The notes under the pieces: generated by a model | The model's database searches: none | Seen by the model: the letters and a program-made list of their open reading frames with translations, nothing else | Told to the model about the DNA's origin: nothing | Translations under genes and position numbers: made by a program | Shown here: positions 1 through 13,220 of the stretch, one piece after another | Numbering within the stretch: the stretch's first letter is position 1 | Layout of the letters: every line of letters begins with the position of its first letter | Assembly: GCF_037042905.1 (NCBI RefSeq) | Contig: NC_087250.1 | Location: 18,230,001-18,294,000, forward strand | From: Lytechinus pictus | Taxonomy: Eukaryota | Length of the DNA: 64,000 nt | Direction: 5' to 3'

Positions 1-180
1 AGACCCTAACTCTCAATTGCTTTCTTTCATTTCCAAGGCTTCTCCCTTTTAGTCCCTTCATAACGATTGTCTTACTCATAAAAAACCAAGTCATCAGCAT
101 ACACCTTCCTCATAGAACCTTCTCTAGCTCTCTCTCAAACCACGTCAATCACAATTACAAATATAAACGGCGACAATCTA

Positions 181-1398
181 CAGTGCGTGTCAAAAAAAGT
201 TTACTCTTAGAAATAATGCTAGAAAATCATATATTTGTAATATCCTGAATTTTTTTCCTCATTTAAACATTGGTACAAATCTCTTCAAGCAAACTGATAT
301 GTCGAAAAATATTTCCGCTTGAGTGAGCAACACTTACTTTTGAAAAGTTCGTGATAAATGATTTGCCCTGAGCTTGGAATATTTATGTCAATTAAAATAG
401 ACGTTGATCATGAAGAACACATAATAATAATATGCAACATTTATATAGCGCTTAATACAAATGTTTCTAAGCGCTGCATACTATTACCCGTGCTTTAGCA
501 CGGCTACCCTGATCGGGCACATCGAGCATTCGAGGAATTCCTTCCTATCGGGTACCCATTTACTACACCTGGGTCGAGAGTGGCAAATAAAGATAAACGC
601 CTTGCCAAAGGACGCTAGTGCTGCGGTGGGTTTGAACCCCAGACCTTGTGGTTCACAGTCCGGAGACTTATCCACTGAGCCACAACACCTCTACATCACA
701 CAGCGTTTCCTCCGTTCCACCATGGACTTTGCGGCTATGGAGATTGATTTGAAGATACCTTTTATACCTTTTTGGTTTGTTTCCTTTCCCAAAACACTTC
801 ACAAAGCGCCATTGCGCCCCCCCCCCCCTCCTCTCCCCACACACAGAGGTAGTGGTGATGATTCACATTTTAGGTTGTTTATGCTTGAGAAAAGTGTGAA
901 GAAACAAATATTTAATGAAATATGACAATGTGTTCCTACTTTAAATGATAAAAACTTAGTGAAATAATGCTGGGATGTCTGAAATAAACATTTGTTTACA
1001 TTCAGTTGTGTTCCCAGATCCAGCTGGCGCCAAAAAGTAAAGGATCGTGTTTACCTAGGGTTAACATGTTAATTTGGGTGACAAAGTTGTTACAAAATAT
1101 TTAAATGTATCTGTTTTATTTCGATTCGCAAAAATGCTAAAGAAATGCATAAGAAATTTACCACACGATCAATTTGTTTTCTCCCTTTTCCTTGACACAG
1201 TGTGAAAATGAGCATTTCTGCGAGCTTTAGAAAATGTACAGTGCTCACTCAAGTGTAACATTCTGTCTAAATTTCTACTTTCATTTGATAGATGAGACCC
1301 AAACCCAAGAATATATGTGAAAAAAATATCCCCATTTATATACATTTTTCATTTCTCAGGACTTTTTAAAAGTGTATTTTTTTTATTTATACGCTCTG
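181..1398. mobile_element. Non-autonomous Tc1/mariner-like DNA transposon (MITE) with degenerate TIRs
   Basis: ta|cagtgcgtgtcaaaaaaa ... ttttatttatacgctctg|ta: TA on both sides and CAG...CTG ends. Removing it rejoins the RTE RT motifs. Confidence 0.7.
421..691 (-). mobile_element. tRNA-derived SINE with central conserved core and (TTA)n tail
   Basis: Minus strand shows an A-box (tggctcagtgg), a B-box-like ggttcaaaccc, a core ccaggtgtagtaaatgggtacc and the 3' end gcgctatataaatgttgcatattattattat. Confidence 0.85.
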
Positions 1399-1781
1399 TA
1401 AAACATTGACGCACACACACCTTCACCTCAAACTCCTCAGATAACTCAAAACCCACTATGATTCTTTGTTTTCGCTCCTTCACACAAACTCATAACCGAT
1501 AACCGTTACCTCTGGTATACCACTGCTCTTCATTGCCCCGCCCACTCCATCACCATCTTTCGAACTCTATCAAGATTAGTGTTTTAGCCAAAGCCATACT
1601 GTTTCTTCCATTCAGCTCCATATTCATCTTGCAACCTTCTCAAATGAATACTGTATCTAACGTACTTTTCCCTGGCATAACACCAAAGCATATCTCATCC
1701 ACTTCCACCAATATCCGATTTGTTTTGGACCATTTTCACAATTATTAATTGCATGTTCGAATAACTTCACATTCCTATACC

Positions 1782-1812
1782 ACTACACTACTACTACTAC
1801 TACTACTACTAC

Positions 1813-1860
<48 letters not shown>

Positions 1861-1924
1861 TAATAATAATAATAATAATAATTATAATAATAATAATAAT
1901 AATAATTATAATAATAATAATAAT

Positions 1925-1967
<43 letters not shown>
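1782..1967. repeat. (ACT)n/(AAT)n trinucleotide microsatellite, probably the expanded tail of the adjacent minus-strand SINE
   Basis: Directly visible. It accounts for the poly-Ile ORFs. Confidence 0.97.
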
Positions 1968-2090
1968 TAGTTATATTTATCCAGGTAAGCCACTTCAGTT
2001 CTGAAAACTGTTCTCCCAGCGGCCCCCGCTATTATTATTACCCTGGATTTAGCTGGGTTGGCTAGGCGCTCAAGCATTCCATGGAACTTG
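1968..2090 (-). mobile_element. 3' portion of a SINE related to the 421-691 family
   Basis: Minus strand gaatgcttgagcgcc...gggtaataataatagcg resembles gaatgctcgatgtgcc...gggtaatagtatgcagcg in the first SINE. It ends ctggataaata followed by the (ATT)n tract. Confidence 0.55.
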
Positions 2091-2879
2091 GTTTCTTTTT
2101 CTTTTTTTTTTGGCGTTTCAAATTTAGGACAACCATCATTCAGCACCCCGGAACAGTAAAAGAAACAATTGTTCCCTGCTGGGCCCTGCTAATAAACATA
2201 CTCCTGTCCTGTTTTTGGTACAGTTAATATTGGGAGATTCGAACCCTTACGGCCTTAACGTCGCAGTTGGTGAAAATTACAACTATATTCGCGTTGTAGG
2301 CCATTGTGATTTAGGGGGCTTCTGTCTCACTTTGGGAATTTTTGACACTGTATGCGCGTTCCGCTCCTACCCGCGAAAAACACCCCCTTTCCCGCGTTTT
2401 CTTTGTCGCGGATGCTGCCCAGTGGCATTCCCCCCCCCCCCCCCCTCATCCTCCCCCGTGTGGGAGTAGAAATTTTAAAAAGTCAAGAAGTAAACTCCTC
2501 CGAACATACAAACGGATTTGTTTTGTAGACGCCCATGGTCGCGCATGGTATCCACTCGTCAATGGAAGTGGCCCCCTGGACAGAGGCTTATACAAAACAG
2601 GCACAATAAATGTAAAGGTTTATCTCTATTATCAATGTCATATCGCTTTCCTTTCATCGCGAGGCATGACGTATTACACACATAACGACTGATGCTCAAT
2701 TGAACAATAAGATTTTGAACGAACTGATCACTCGACCATCAATGGAACATACCCACCCTCTCTCTCTCTCTTAACCGTTTCATGTTATAAAACTGCACGC
2801 CAATTTAATGCGTGTTTGGTGCAATGAAATCAATATTTTGCAAACTACTTTTTAAAATTTTCCCAACATAACCGAGGTA

Positions 2880-4481
2880 AAACAATGTAACGAAGTAATG
2901 AACAAAAAAGGCCTACAAATGATGATATGAGTATTGAACACAATGGTCAATTTTTTACAGAAAAACAAGATATTGTTAATATTTTTAAATGATTATTTTG
3001 TAAGTATTGGGAAAAAGATTCAAGACAGCATAGACGGTGGACGTTCAGATCCTAAACTAGACAAAAGTCACTGGTTAAAGGGAAATTACTTTCGTCTATT
3101 TTCTTTTGTCCAGTTAAAACTTGTGATGTTATTAAAATTATTAAAGGACATATTTTTATGACTTTCGGAGTATTGCAAATGACTTAATCAGTAATTATTT
3201 ATCAAACGGGAAACAGTTTGTTAGCATTGGAAATTTTACTTCTTCTGGCAATGCAATTTCCACAGGCTTGGGGAAAGGTTCAAACTTGGCCCTCTTCTCT
3301 TTCGGTTATATGTGAATGATTTACCGAATTCTAGCGATATATTATCTTTTATTTTATTCGCAGACGACACAAGCCTTTTTGTTTCTGATGATAATCTAGT
3401 AAGAGCATCCAATTGCATTAATATTGAGTTACAAAAAGTTCATTCTTGGTTTGTACTAAATTTTGATAAAACAAATTTAATAATTTTCAAAACAAAAAAT
3501 GAATGCCTGGATTTAGGTCAAATTAAAATATATATTGATGATAATGAAATACAAATGACAGGATCTGTAAAATTTCTTGGTGTGAAATTGGACAATAAAT
3601 TAATTTGGAAAGATCATGTAGATGAAATTTCTCGTAAGATATCCTGTGTTATAGGAATATTGAGTAGAATTAAACATATTTTACCAATGTCAGTTTTCCT
3701 GAAATTATATAATGCTATGATCTTGCCACAGTTGAGTTATTGTAACATCATATGGGGAAATTGTCCAAAATACTTATTACAGAGGTTACACTTGTTGCAG
3801 AAACGTGCTATTAGAATAATTACAAAGTCATCATACCTTGCCCATACAAACATAATTTTTTTAAATCTCAATATTTTAACAATATTTGACCTGAATGTTT
3901 ACTGCGTTGCCGTATTTATTTATCAGTATTTTAAAAGTGTTTTGCCTGAATGTTTTAGTGATTCATTTATTTTTCTAAGTGCTGTCAGGAAATATGCATT
4001 AACAAGACACTATAATGATCTATACTCGCCAAAGAACCGAACTGATTTTTCTCTTTCCATTATTAATTACAGAGGACTTATGATTTTGAATAATTTGAAA
4101 TCAGAACAGAAATCTTACCAGTCAATATCTCTTTTTAAAAGACAATACAAATCATCTCTTATTAATTCATAGTTCATTCAATAGACTTTCAGTTGCCTGT
4201 TTTTGCCTTTTTTTTTCTTTTTGTATTGGTGTATATTTTATTTATTTGTATGTTGTGTTCGGGGACTAGCCTTGATAGGCCTCTGGCCTTTGCTGGTCCC
4301 CTGCTTCCGGTACATGTATGTTGTGCTTTCAATTGTTGTAATTGTTATCTCTAAAATTGTATTTTGCTTTTTTTATCTCTTGCCTCTTTAGAATATTTTT
4401 TAATATTGTTTTATTATGTTAAATGTATGATTTTATCTTGGATGCAAATAAAAGGCCATATCGGCCAATCAATCAATCAAT
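2880..4481 (+). pseudogene. 5'-truncated, internally deleted CR1/L2-group LINE (Crack/Daphne-like): RT C-terminal half, 3' UTR and (CAAT)n tail
   Basis: ORF 3312-4172 has VNDLP...ILFADDT, VKFLGVKLDNKLIWKDHV and LSYCNIIWG...LQKRAIRII. GSNLGPLL lies just upstream in another frame. AATAAA is at ~4447 and caatcaatcaatcaat at 4466-4481. Confidence 0.9.
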
Positions 4482-4814
4482 GTTTTAAACATTATTTATA
4501 TCATTATGTGGAATAGAATGTTGAGATCCACACCTTTCATTCAGTATAATTATTGACCTATGAGTCAACAGTTATATCATTTTCAAATGAATAAATAAAT
4601 AATGTTTTTTGCTCAATGTGTAAAAGTTCATGAATTACCATGAATATAATAACAAGAACATTTTTTATGTGCACAATATCAAGGAAATGTTTTTACGCCT
4701 ATATAAAGCCTCGATTAGACTGGATTTGTAGTCCCCACATGGTCATCATCCAGCCAACCTAAAGAAAAGACAGAATATGGATCCGAAATGAACACTGATG
4801 AATGCAGAGGCTTA

Positions 4815-5251
4815 GAGTGGTAGTTCAACTGAGGAACAGTTTGTTGTTAAAATAGCAGAAAAGATTATAAAACATTGGTGAATGTTTGAGGAAAATACAT
4901 AAATTATCGAAATGTATTCAATGAGTAGAAAAGTTAATATAATTTTAAGTTTGGGATTTGTGACGTCTTAAACGGGCAGCTGCCCCATATGTTATGTAAT
5001 GTAAGATGCATAGATTTCATTTTAATGGTTTGTGATGACTTATTTTTTTTCTATTTTCTTTTAGAATGGGGTGCGAAATGTTTTGTTTATTGATAAACTC
5101 AAGGTAGATTAAAAAAGCATTTTCTATTTTCTGATAAAATGACATTGCATAGACTTTTTTATTCTTTGGACTTTTCTAAAACCAGCAATATTTTTATTAT
5201 TTTTTCTGCTATATTTAAAATAAAAGTTTTGTCAGGATAAACTTCCCCCTT
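4815..5251. mobile_element. Degenerate Kolobok-like MITE
   Basis: The left end tagagtggtagttcaactga...aaatagcagaaaa matches the reverse complement of the right end ttttctgctatattt...tcaggataaacttcccctta. The TTAA-like flanks are eroded. Confidence 0.5.
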
Positions 5252-5884
5252 ATGCCTGCGTTCAGAAGCAGCTTCAGTAAGTATCTGTAAGTCTGCTACA
5301 ATAAAATACAAATAGATCTATTAAAGTATGGCTTTACTAAAATAAAGTTATAGGCTACTGGTTCAGTCTCATTCACATTTACTGCATGGGCATGGCAAAA
5401 TATATACCTTTAAGAGTCGATACTTCTATTAAATCTAGTAGAAAGAGGGTATTAAAGGACAACGCAAAAATTCATATACAATTAATCAGTTAATGACATA
5501 CCTGTAATCTTGGCAATAGTAAGTCAACATCGATGCAGTCGATAAGTTAGGTTCACATAGTTACAGCTAACGACAGAGTTCTGGCTTCTGGGGGTAGGCT
5601 AACTGGTTGGAGTACTACCCCACCATCATGTAACATGGCATGGTAATTCATTAACAGTCATCATGAAAACAATACATTGAATCAAGATCGAGTAACGATG
5701 ATTAAGATGTAAGAAATCTCTAGCCTCTTATCGTGGTTTGAGGAAAATCCTTGACACAGGTTCTTTCTGCTCTGGAATTCGCGTTTCATGTGCTTCTGCG
5801 TATGATTATGGATGTGTACATACGGGTTATTTCTCCGTTGCTATGGCAAAAAGCGCATGCGTGAGTCGCAGACAGCACGGTAGT

Positions 5885-5997
5885 CGGATCGCAAGGTGTG
5901 CGGTGTCGAGGCTTATGACCACCTTGCGATTCATCTCTGCTCACTCAGTCGCAAGCCAGTCGTAGACCAGTCGGGTCGTAAGGTGTGAGGTGGCCTT
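5885..5997. mobile_element. Terminal fragment of a MITE related to 63010-63423
   Basis: agaccagtcgggtcgtaaggtgtgaggtggcc resembles the TIR agaccagtcgtaaggtgtgcggtcgcc. Confidence 0.5.
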
Positions 5998-6959
5998 CAA
6001 ATGCAGCTGCCGTGCTTGAATTCTACCGATCTCTAAGTTCTTGGCGTTCTAAAGTCGTCTCGCGTGACTACTTGCTCTTTATAAAATCATTAAAATGAAG
6101 TTGTTATTGATTGTGGTGGGTGGCGTCAGAATTGGCTGCTTTGGGGGCTCAACTACGCGGGTGTAATTCTACGAAAGTAAAAATATACTCTAAAGCTTGT
6201 ATAGATTAGAACTGCACCAAACTAGCCCTGAGTCTGACGCTATTCGGGCCGCGTGCAGTAAGTACCACCCGAAACAGCATGAAACTTTTTATTTGTCCCT
6301 AGTTTAAATAACACACATTAATAGAACGATATCATCAATGGCCGATCAGCGACGAATGTACCACCATAGACACTAACTGTGTATCCTCATACTCATGATT
6401 CATTAACATCCATGTACTAGGCTACATGTAAATTTGTGTATATTAGTGCATGACTCCACTTTGAGTGCAAAGAGCGGGCAAATGTTGAAAAATTACGTCC
6501 AACTTGAATGCTGATCGTCTGACTCTGGGAAATGAATGGCATTAGAAAAATGCCGGGAAAATGCATTTGTTGTTGATCAGCGTGCGTATTACAGATAATA
6601 CAAAGTTCTGTGACCTGAAGTTGTATTCACTCTGAGAATAACAATGCAAAGGGAATTTCCAAATTTTACACAAATCGTTGCAATTTTTGTACAAAAAAAC
6701 ATTAAAAACAACCATGCAATGTCACTTTTTTAAAGAATTTCTTTCGTTTCCTTCCATATAATACACATCTTTGAATGGTTTTATAACGATATGTAAAAAA
6801 AAAATGTGCGAATTTTTATAAAGATCGCATATAAGGGTGTCGGCTGGTTTGAGAATGGGGAGGTGCACATCTTAAGGAGGGGAATCTATATAGAAATGGT
6901 ATTTGGGTGCACATCTTAAGGAGGTGGAATTAAGATTTGGAATATCAGATGTTTCTGTT

Positions 6960-7190
6960 TCTGTTTATGGTAACTCCCGCAGGAACTCGGCAGGACAACG
7001 TATTTGCTGGTAAACGCCAAGCTGGTATATAACCAATTACCTAGGGAACATTTAACGTCTAGGTTAATCAGTGAAAGGGACTGGCCTTATCGACGACAGA
7101 TATTGCTCTCGGGCAGAGTGTGGGTTCGAACTCACAACCTTGCGATTGTGATTACCACTGGACCACACGACCCCTACCACCGGACCACAC
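6960..7190 (-). mobile_element. Degenerate tRNA-headed SINE fragment
   Basis: Minus strand gtggtccagtggtaa (A-box, locally duplicated) and gagttcgaaccc (B-box). Confidence 0.5.
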
Positions 7191-7383
7191 GAGTGAAATA
7201 CTCACTAAGAAATGATTTTTGACAAAATGTTTATTTTCTCGATATTCAAAATGGCCGCCATAATGAGTTTAGACAATAATTTGCACTTACTTTACTCTTA
7301 AACTTAGGTAATTTTAAGAGTCAAAGTGAATTAAAGCTTTGATGTATTTGCGATGTGTTGATATGACTGCAAAGAGATACATA

Positions 7384-7630
7384 CACTGCAAAACTCCGGT
7401 GTTGATTTAACACCCGCCTGGAATCTACATATGTCCACACAAGAGAAGTGTTAAACAACACCAGTTTGGTTTTGGTCTAACACCAAATATGTGTTTATAG
7501 TTATACACCACCAATTAGTATTAAAAAAGTCTCGGTTTGATTCCAAACTGGAGTTATTTCAATACTTCTCTGGTGTGGACAGATATAGATTCCAGGCAGG
7601 TGTTAAATCAACACCGGAGTTTTTGCAGTG
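7384..7630. mobile_element. Palindromic MITE with CACTG...CAGTG ends (EnSpm/CACTA-like) and 2-bp TA flanks
   Basis: ta|cactgcaaaactccggtgttgatttaacacccgcctggaatcta ... tagattccaggcaggtgttaaatcaacaccggagtttttgcagtg|ta. The arms pair over most of the length. Confidence 0.85.
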
Positions 7631-7929
7631 TACCTACGCACGAAATATGACACCAGAGATTGCGGATATCATATAATATTGCATGGTCATTTTATTGAAC
7701 ATCATTACTACACATAGCACATGGATATTTCTGCACTGAAGGACCTGGGCTCCGTAACACAAAGGTTTGCGATGGAGAACTGCAAGATGACCCAGCGATG
7801 TTGACCGGAAGGTCAGCACGCTTTGTTGGAAGACCCTCGGTCTATGGTACATGGTACATAGACCGAACATACAATAGAAGCATGGTTGGACCGTCAATGC
7901 TTGAAACTGTAGATGATCTTAAAGTTGAC

Positions 7930-8183
7930 TCATTGTCATATCTTATTGTATAATTCAGAAAATAAAAAACAAGAAATAGTGAGCGAGTGACATCATCAAC
8001 TCTCTCATTTGCATGTCACTGAGTTACGCATATAACTGTTTTTTTGAAAAATAAGCGAAACTGAAAATTGTCAAAACTTTCTTATTTCACATCCGATTTG
8101 GATGAAATTTTCAGAAGTGTTCTTGTTTGATTTTTCTCTATTAAATCAAATCAAAATTTTTCTGGGGTGGACATGACCTTTAA
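7930..8183. mobile_element. Partial Kolobok-like MITE (right portion)
   Basis: Ends ggggtggacatgacct|ttaa. The interior (gagtgacatcatcaactctctcatttgcat) resembles 59058-59387. Confidence 0.5.
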
Positions 8184-9308
8184 AAAATAGCAAGTCTCAA
8201 ACTTAATTTGGATTGGCACTGACTCGAAATATTTCAGAGTTCAGTAAAATTGTAAAAAGAATTACTTGAGCACAATTTTTTTATTTCCACCACATGCGCA
8301 GTCGGATAAAGCACATCCGCATTGCATTGTATGATTATATATCTTCTTCTCGATCTTATGTTTCGATTTACGGGTAACAGTATACTGTTAGCCCGTGTCA
8401 AAAATGTCTAGTTACGTTATTAATTCAAAGTTAGAGTATAACAATACGAAGCTCCCTATTTATATATAAGATTATTAAATATTTTTAAAAAAAGTTAAAA
8501 ACATTAACCCAAATTTGTAAAGATTTTTGACCAGATAAAACGGTATAATGCGTATACTAATGCATTAAATACTTTTTGGTGTAATATTTACTTTCCGTGT
8601 TATTATAATGAATGTTAACGCAACTTTTTTTAATTTTCAACAATTGAGTTGAAATGTAGATATATATAATATGTTTAATGCCTTTAATTGTACACGTGTA
8701 ATCGATACACCAGATTTTATAAGAAGCGCAAAACAACTTGCTTGTCGCATTGCCAATGGGGGATCTCCATAGAATTAGTGATTGCAATATTCAAATGCTC
8801 ATAACTTTCTCATTATTTTGTCCAATTTTTGTCAAACTTTCTTTGTTCTTATTCTTTGATTTTTCTGTTGCGACACAAGCATTCTTACTCCAAAAGTTTC
8901 ATTTCCCTTCAACGACGAATTTACATTACAAATATTAAATATGGCTCTCAAACGGAGACTACAGACCGGATATGCCCCCCTCCCTCGGATCCGCCACTGG
9001 TTTGTTGATTCAAAAAAAGAAAAAAAATCACATGAGGAGCTTGAAAAAAAAAAAATTTTCGGCGGGGGTGTTTCTTGTCTTCTCTCTCAGTATAAGAATT
9101 CGGTTTTTGTTTTCTTCGAAAATGCCCATTTGTACCTTTATACGATACATATGCTTTGCAAGAAAATCTTTACAATATAAACCGACCCCAAACTTTATTT
9201 TGATCTGCCACCGGTTCTATTGTAAAATCTATAAAATCATTTAAAGAAAACCGTTATGCTTTAACATTTTTTTTTCATTTCATTGGTTCGTAAATCATAC
9301 ACATTTGT

Positions 9309-10377
9309 CAGTCAGTCCGCAAGCCCCTGTGTTAATGAGCAAATGAGCAAGATTTATCCAAGTCCTCTCGTGGCTGAATTCATGTCCCTGCAAAATCTCG
9401 TGAATTGTGAGACTTTCTTTCTCAAAGAATTTAACTTTTTTCTCCTTGAGTAATATTGATTATTTTTGTACCATGGGCAAGAGTAAATGTTACTCTTTTA
9501 TATTGGTCATTTCTTTTGAATGAAATATTTTGATAAATAAGTGAATTTTTTACCTGAAAAGATGCATCAAATAGAATTTTCTTCCTCTGTTTTCACTTGC
9601 AAATTGTGCAACATTTTGTGTTTTAGGCACCAACATTATTTATATCATCAGAAAGCTCAAACTCTATACTTTCTTACAATGTCACTCTTGATATGTGGCA
9701 TCTTTTAGATGGGTCAGCAGCCAGCTTTTTCCATCAAGATGCAAGACGAGATTTCTGAAATTTCTGAGTAACATAAAATCCAGAGTTCTGATTGGCTGAA
9801 TACTGTTTTCAAAACAAACAGGCGCGGGTAATTTGAAGAGATTACCACATGGTGAGTGTGACCTTGCAGAGGCCCAGTGTGGGGAACGTTGGAATTTGCG
9901 TGGGTGTGTGGTCTCTATGACCAATCAGAGCGCAGTATTCTTGTTTTTGAGCTGCAAAATGTACTTGGCCTATGAAAAGCTGGCTGCTGACCCATCTAAA
10001 ATACATCTTCTTATAAAAATTATATCATATTAAAGCTTAAATCTTCAGCTTTATCATGAGCTAAAAATCATTTGTGCCCAAACAGAAATTAAGTGTGAAA
10101 ACAACAGCTTTTGTTGCATGGAAAAAAAATATTTCGTTTCATGTTTTAGATCAGAAGTTTTTCCTATATTAAAACAAACAGATGATCTGAAAGAATTATT
10201 CTTCTTCTTTACAAAGATACCAAAAACATGAAATTTTGTCAATATTTAGAGCAGCAATGGCCGAATAAAAAGAGGTGTTTTGGTTCGCACCAAGCTCATT
10301 AACTATGCAAAAACCCTCTAGTCATGAATATCACTTGGATAAAAGAAGCTACTTTTTGAGGGCTTGCGGACTGACTG
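9309..10377. mobile_element. Non-autonomous DNA transposon with a perfect 18-bp TIR and probable 2-bp GT target duplication
   Basis: gt|cagtcagtccgcaagccc ... gggcttgcggactgactg|gt. The joined flanks (taaatcatacacatttgtgtatacc) align with the uninterrupted paralog taaaccatcgccaatggtgtatacc at ~51934. Confidence 0.8.
9703..10001. repeat. Internal 27-bp perfect inverted repeat pair (nested MITE or subterminal structure)
   Basis: ttttagatgggtcagcagccagctttt (9703-9729) pairs with aaaagctggctgctgacccatctaaaa (9975-10001). An inner ctgattgg/ccaatcag pair is also present. Confidence 0.75.
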
Positions 10378-13220
10378 GTGTATACCATTTACCATAAGAA
10401 AGGATCACCAGTCATTCTTTAAGTCGCTCCTAACTTACGAACAGCTTTAGGAAGCACCCACCAGGTTACCCTTGAGGGTGGCCACTGATATATGGGTTTT
10501 CTAATTCTCAGGAAGAGAGTTCCACTTGCAACTCGAAAACCTTACTTATTTTACGGATCAGCGTATCTTCGCGATCCGTTTAAAAAACTTTAGTATTACT
10601 TAAATATTTGACATACATATTTGTAGCTATCGCCATTATATATAAATGTATTTAATACAATAAGAGATAGTTTGTATAAATATACCTAAATGTTAAAAGA
10701 TTTATTCCTCAAAGTGATGCGATCTAAAATTATTACTCATACATATTACATTAAAAAATCAAAACATTTTTAATTCGTCAAAATGAACATACACAAACTT
10801 TTAACAATTTTCAACTCTGAATTTTAAATGAAATGGAGAGCATTTTTGTTTTAATCGAATTTTTTTAGAGTTGTAATCGATAGATCATATTATATAATAG
10901 GTAGAATCTAAATTTTTTGGTGGGGTTGTTAATTCTACATAAAAACAATAAATTAACAAATATTCAAATTTCTGTTGTAGAATTTTGTAAAAAACTAACA
11001 TTAAAGTTACAATAAAAAATCCCAAAAATAGATAAATCAACAGATGATTAGCTGTCAACTGCTAACCATGCCATACGCTCCCTTTCTTTTCTGATATTGA
11101 TTTCTGTAACGCTTTCTGTATTACGTCACATTAATCGTCCCCAGCACCTTAACAGTTGTGCTACTCGTCTTTTATATTCCGCCGTGACACACCTCCTGAA
11201 CCCTGTTCTATAAATTGCACTGGCTCTCTATTAGACATTGGATTATTTTGAAATTGCTTCGTTTTGTATACAAATCACTATATAAACTGTCCCCCAAAAT
11301 ACATGTCTGATTGTTTAGAAATTTACATCCCAGGTAGAAGAAATAGATCCTCTGAAGACCCACTTAAATCAACACATCCAACTAAAACAAAACAGACCAG
11401 AAATAGAACATTATCTAATATGTCATTCTGTTCTATCTTTTTTTTTTATAAATAAGTTAAACTGAAATTGCGCGCCGTTTTCTGCCATGTGGGGAAAAGC
11501 TCGATATAAATATCTTATTATTATTGTTATTTTTATTATTGTTATCATTATTTTTTATTATTATTTTCATTATTATTTGTATTATTATTTTTTTTCTTTT
11601 TTTTAGCATTCCATTGGCGAATCATTTATAGTGGACGTTCCACCAAGCGTGATATCTTGTCCTTCATATCTTATATACGACTTTTTTCAAAAAATACTTT
11701 TGTGGATCTAGCCCTATTTGCCAACAAACTGAAATGGATCTAACCTATTTTGAAAATAACGATATTTTTTCTTTGCCTTTTTTGTTTTGTTTACTTTTTA
11801 ATGGGAATATCAACTTTGTTTTGATATTATCTTATCGGGGCTTCCAAGTATTTTTATAGTGTTAAATAAATCATATGTAACAATATATTGATCTAGGTTT
11901 TTTTTCTAAAACGGACCAGCATAATTCCTCAATCCGTGAAAAAAATTAATTGAATAAAATTTGACGTGTCTAATTCGTACATTTAAATTTTAAAAGGGTG
12001 TATATATAATATAATATAATTAAAAAAAAGTTTATTAAAATCTACCCACATTCCAAAATATCATACATTTGAATTCAGAGGATTTAAAAATATTACTCAT
12101 GTTTAATACATTTTTGGAATAATTCAATTCATTTATATGAACATAAACATTTTTTTCGATTTTTTTTTTACACTGAATTTAAAATGAAATATAATACCGA
12201 TTTTTCTTTTAATCGTAGTTCGGAATTATATTTTAGACTTGTAATCGATAGATCAAATTCAATAAGAGGAAGAACATTAATATTCTGCATCAAAATCATC
12301 AATTAACAAATGTTAAAATATCTGTTGTAGGTCAATGTTAAGACTGACATAAAATTTACAATAAAGAATCTTAAGAATAAATGAATTAATAGATGATTAT
12401 TCATTGCATTCTGTTGGCGAAACATTTACAGTGGACGTTCATCCAAGCGTCATGAAGCTTTGCTTTAATAAAGGTAGAAAAATACTGGCGAAGGTCTGGT
12501 GAAACTCCATAAAAAAGATGGTTAAGCTTTGTTTTAAGTTTTTTATTAAAGAAGTCATGTGCGAGCAGCATTCCCGAATATTAGTGAATTCTATTTGTTT
12601 TGATATTATTTATGACGAATACAAATATTGTTCTTATAGAAAGTTGCGGTATGAACTGTTGTGTCTGATGACGAATTCGTGTTTTTCCAGAGGGGGGCAC
12701 ATTTTTTCTAGGAAAATAAATTTACAAATATAATTGAATATCAATTGAAGTTCCATGGTAAGACTGACATGAAAGTGCAATAAAAAAATATACAAAGTAT
12801 ATAGACTAATAAATTATCTATTCCATCCTCTTGGCGACTTAATTATTGTGGACGTTCGAATAGGTGTCGTGAAGTTCGCTTTAATAAGAGGGGGAAAATA
12901 GAAAAATATTGGTGAAGGTTTTGTGAAGAAATCTTTCCAAGAAAGAGAGTTGAAATGAATTTATAAAGCTTTTAATTTGTGACGTCATGCACCATCCCCA
13001 TATAATATGAGCAAACTGTATTAATATGCTTAAAATTCATCGTTATATATCAGCAATTTTCACATTTTTCAACCTGGTGTCGAAACGAACGAAGAACTTC
13101 AATTTGCTTTGTGGTAATATTCAAGTACTACTGGGTAGATATGCAAAAAATTGATAACCAAGAAAATTACATTTGTTTTAACATTGACAAAAATAATATT
13201 TCAGTGCTAAAGCAGTCGGC
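10378..13220 (+). repeat. Host tandem repeat copy 1, 5' part (continues at 50468-51947)
   Basis: Collinear with 51948-54855 and, up to 12717, with 60343-62600. The same spurious ORFs recur (12518 vs 54107). Confidence 0.92.
11130..11400 (+). pseudogene. L2-like LINE ORF2 C-terminal relic within the host repeat (paralogs at ~52730-52980 and ~61040-61260)
   Basis: With one frameshift it reads YKLHWLSIRHWIILKLLRFVYKSL...PKYMSDCLEIYIPGRRNRSS. This matches the LHWLP..RI.FK...YK.L...P.YL......Y.P.R.LRSS tail typical of L2/CR1-group LINEs. Confidence 0.7.

Larger units (their letters stand above)
1..1740 (-). pseudogene. Decayed RTE-clade LINE reverse-transcriptase fragment, split by a TA-flanked MITE (181-1398)
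   Basis: Minus-strand reading with frameshifts and stops gives FGVMPGKSTLDTVF ... ELSEEFEVKVCVRQ (about 1400-1720). It resumes after the MITE as LSPFIFVIVIDVV ... VYADDLVF (1-178), the RT catalytic YADD region. The motif order matches RTE-type RTs. Confidence 0.8.

Noticed and set aside
1749..2146. Poly-Ile ORFs
   Set aside because: Translation of the (AAT)n microsatellite.
3312..4172. Functional reverse transcriptase that could mobilise the SDR element
   Set aside because: It is a truncated non-LTR RT with its N-terminal motifs out of frame or deleted, and belongs to a different class from YR-retrotransposon RTs.
12518..12733. Conserved small gene family (MVKLCFKFF..., also at 54107 and 62289)
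   Set aside because: It lies in the host tandem repeat. Start and stop positions are not conserved across the copies and there is no domain signal.
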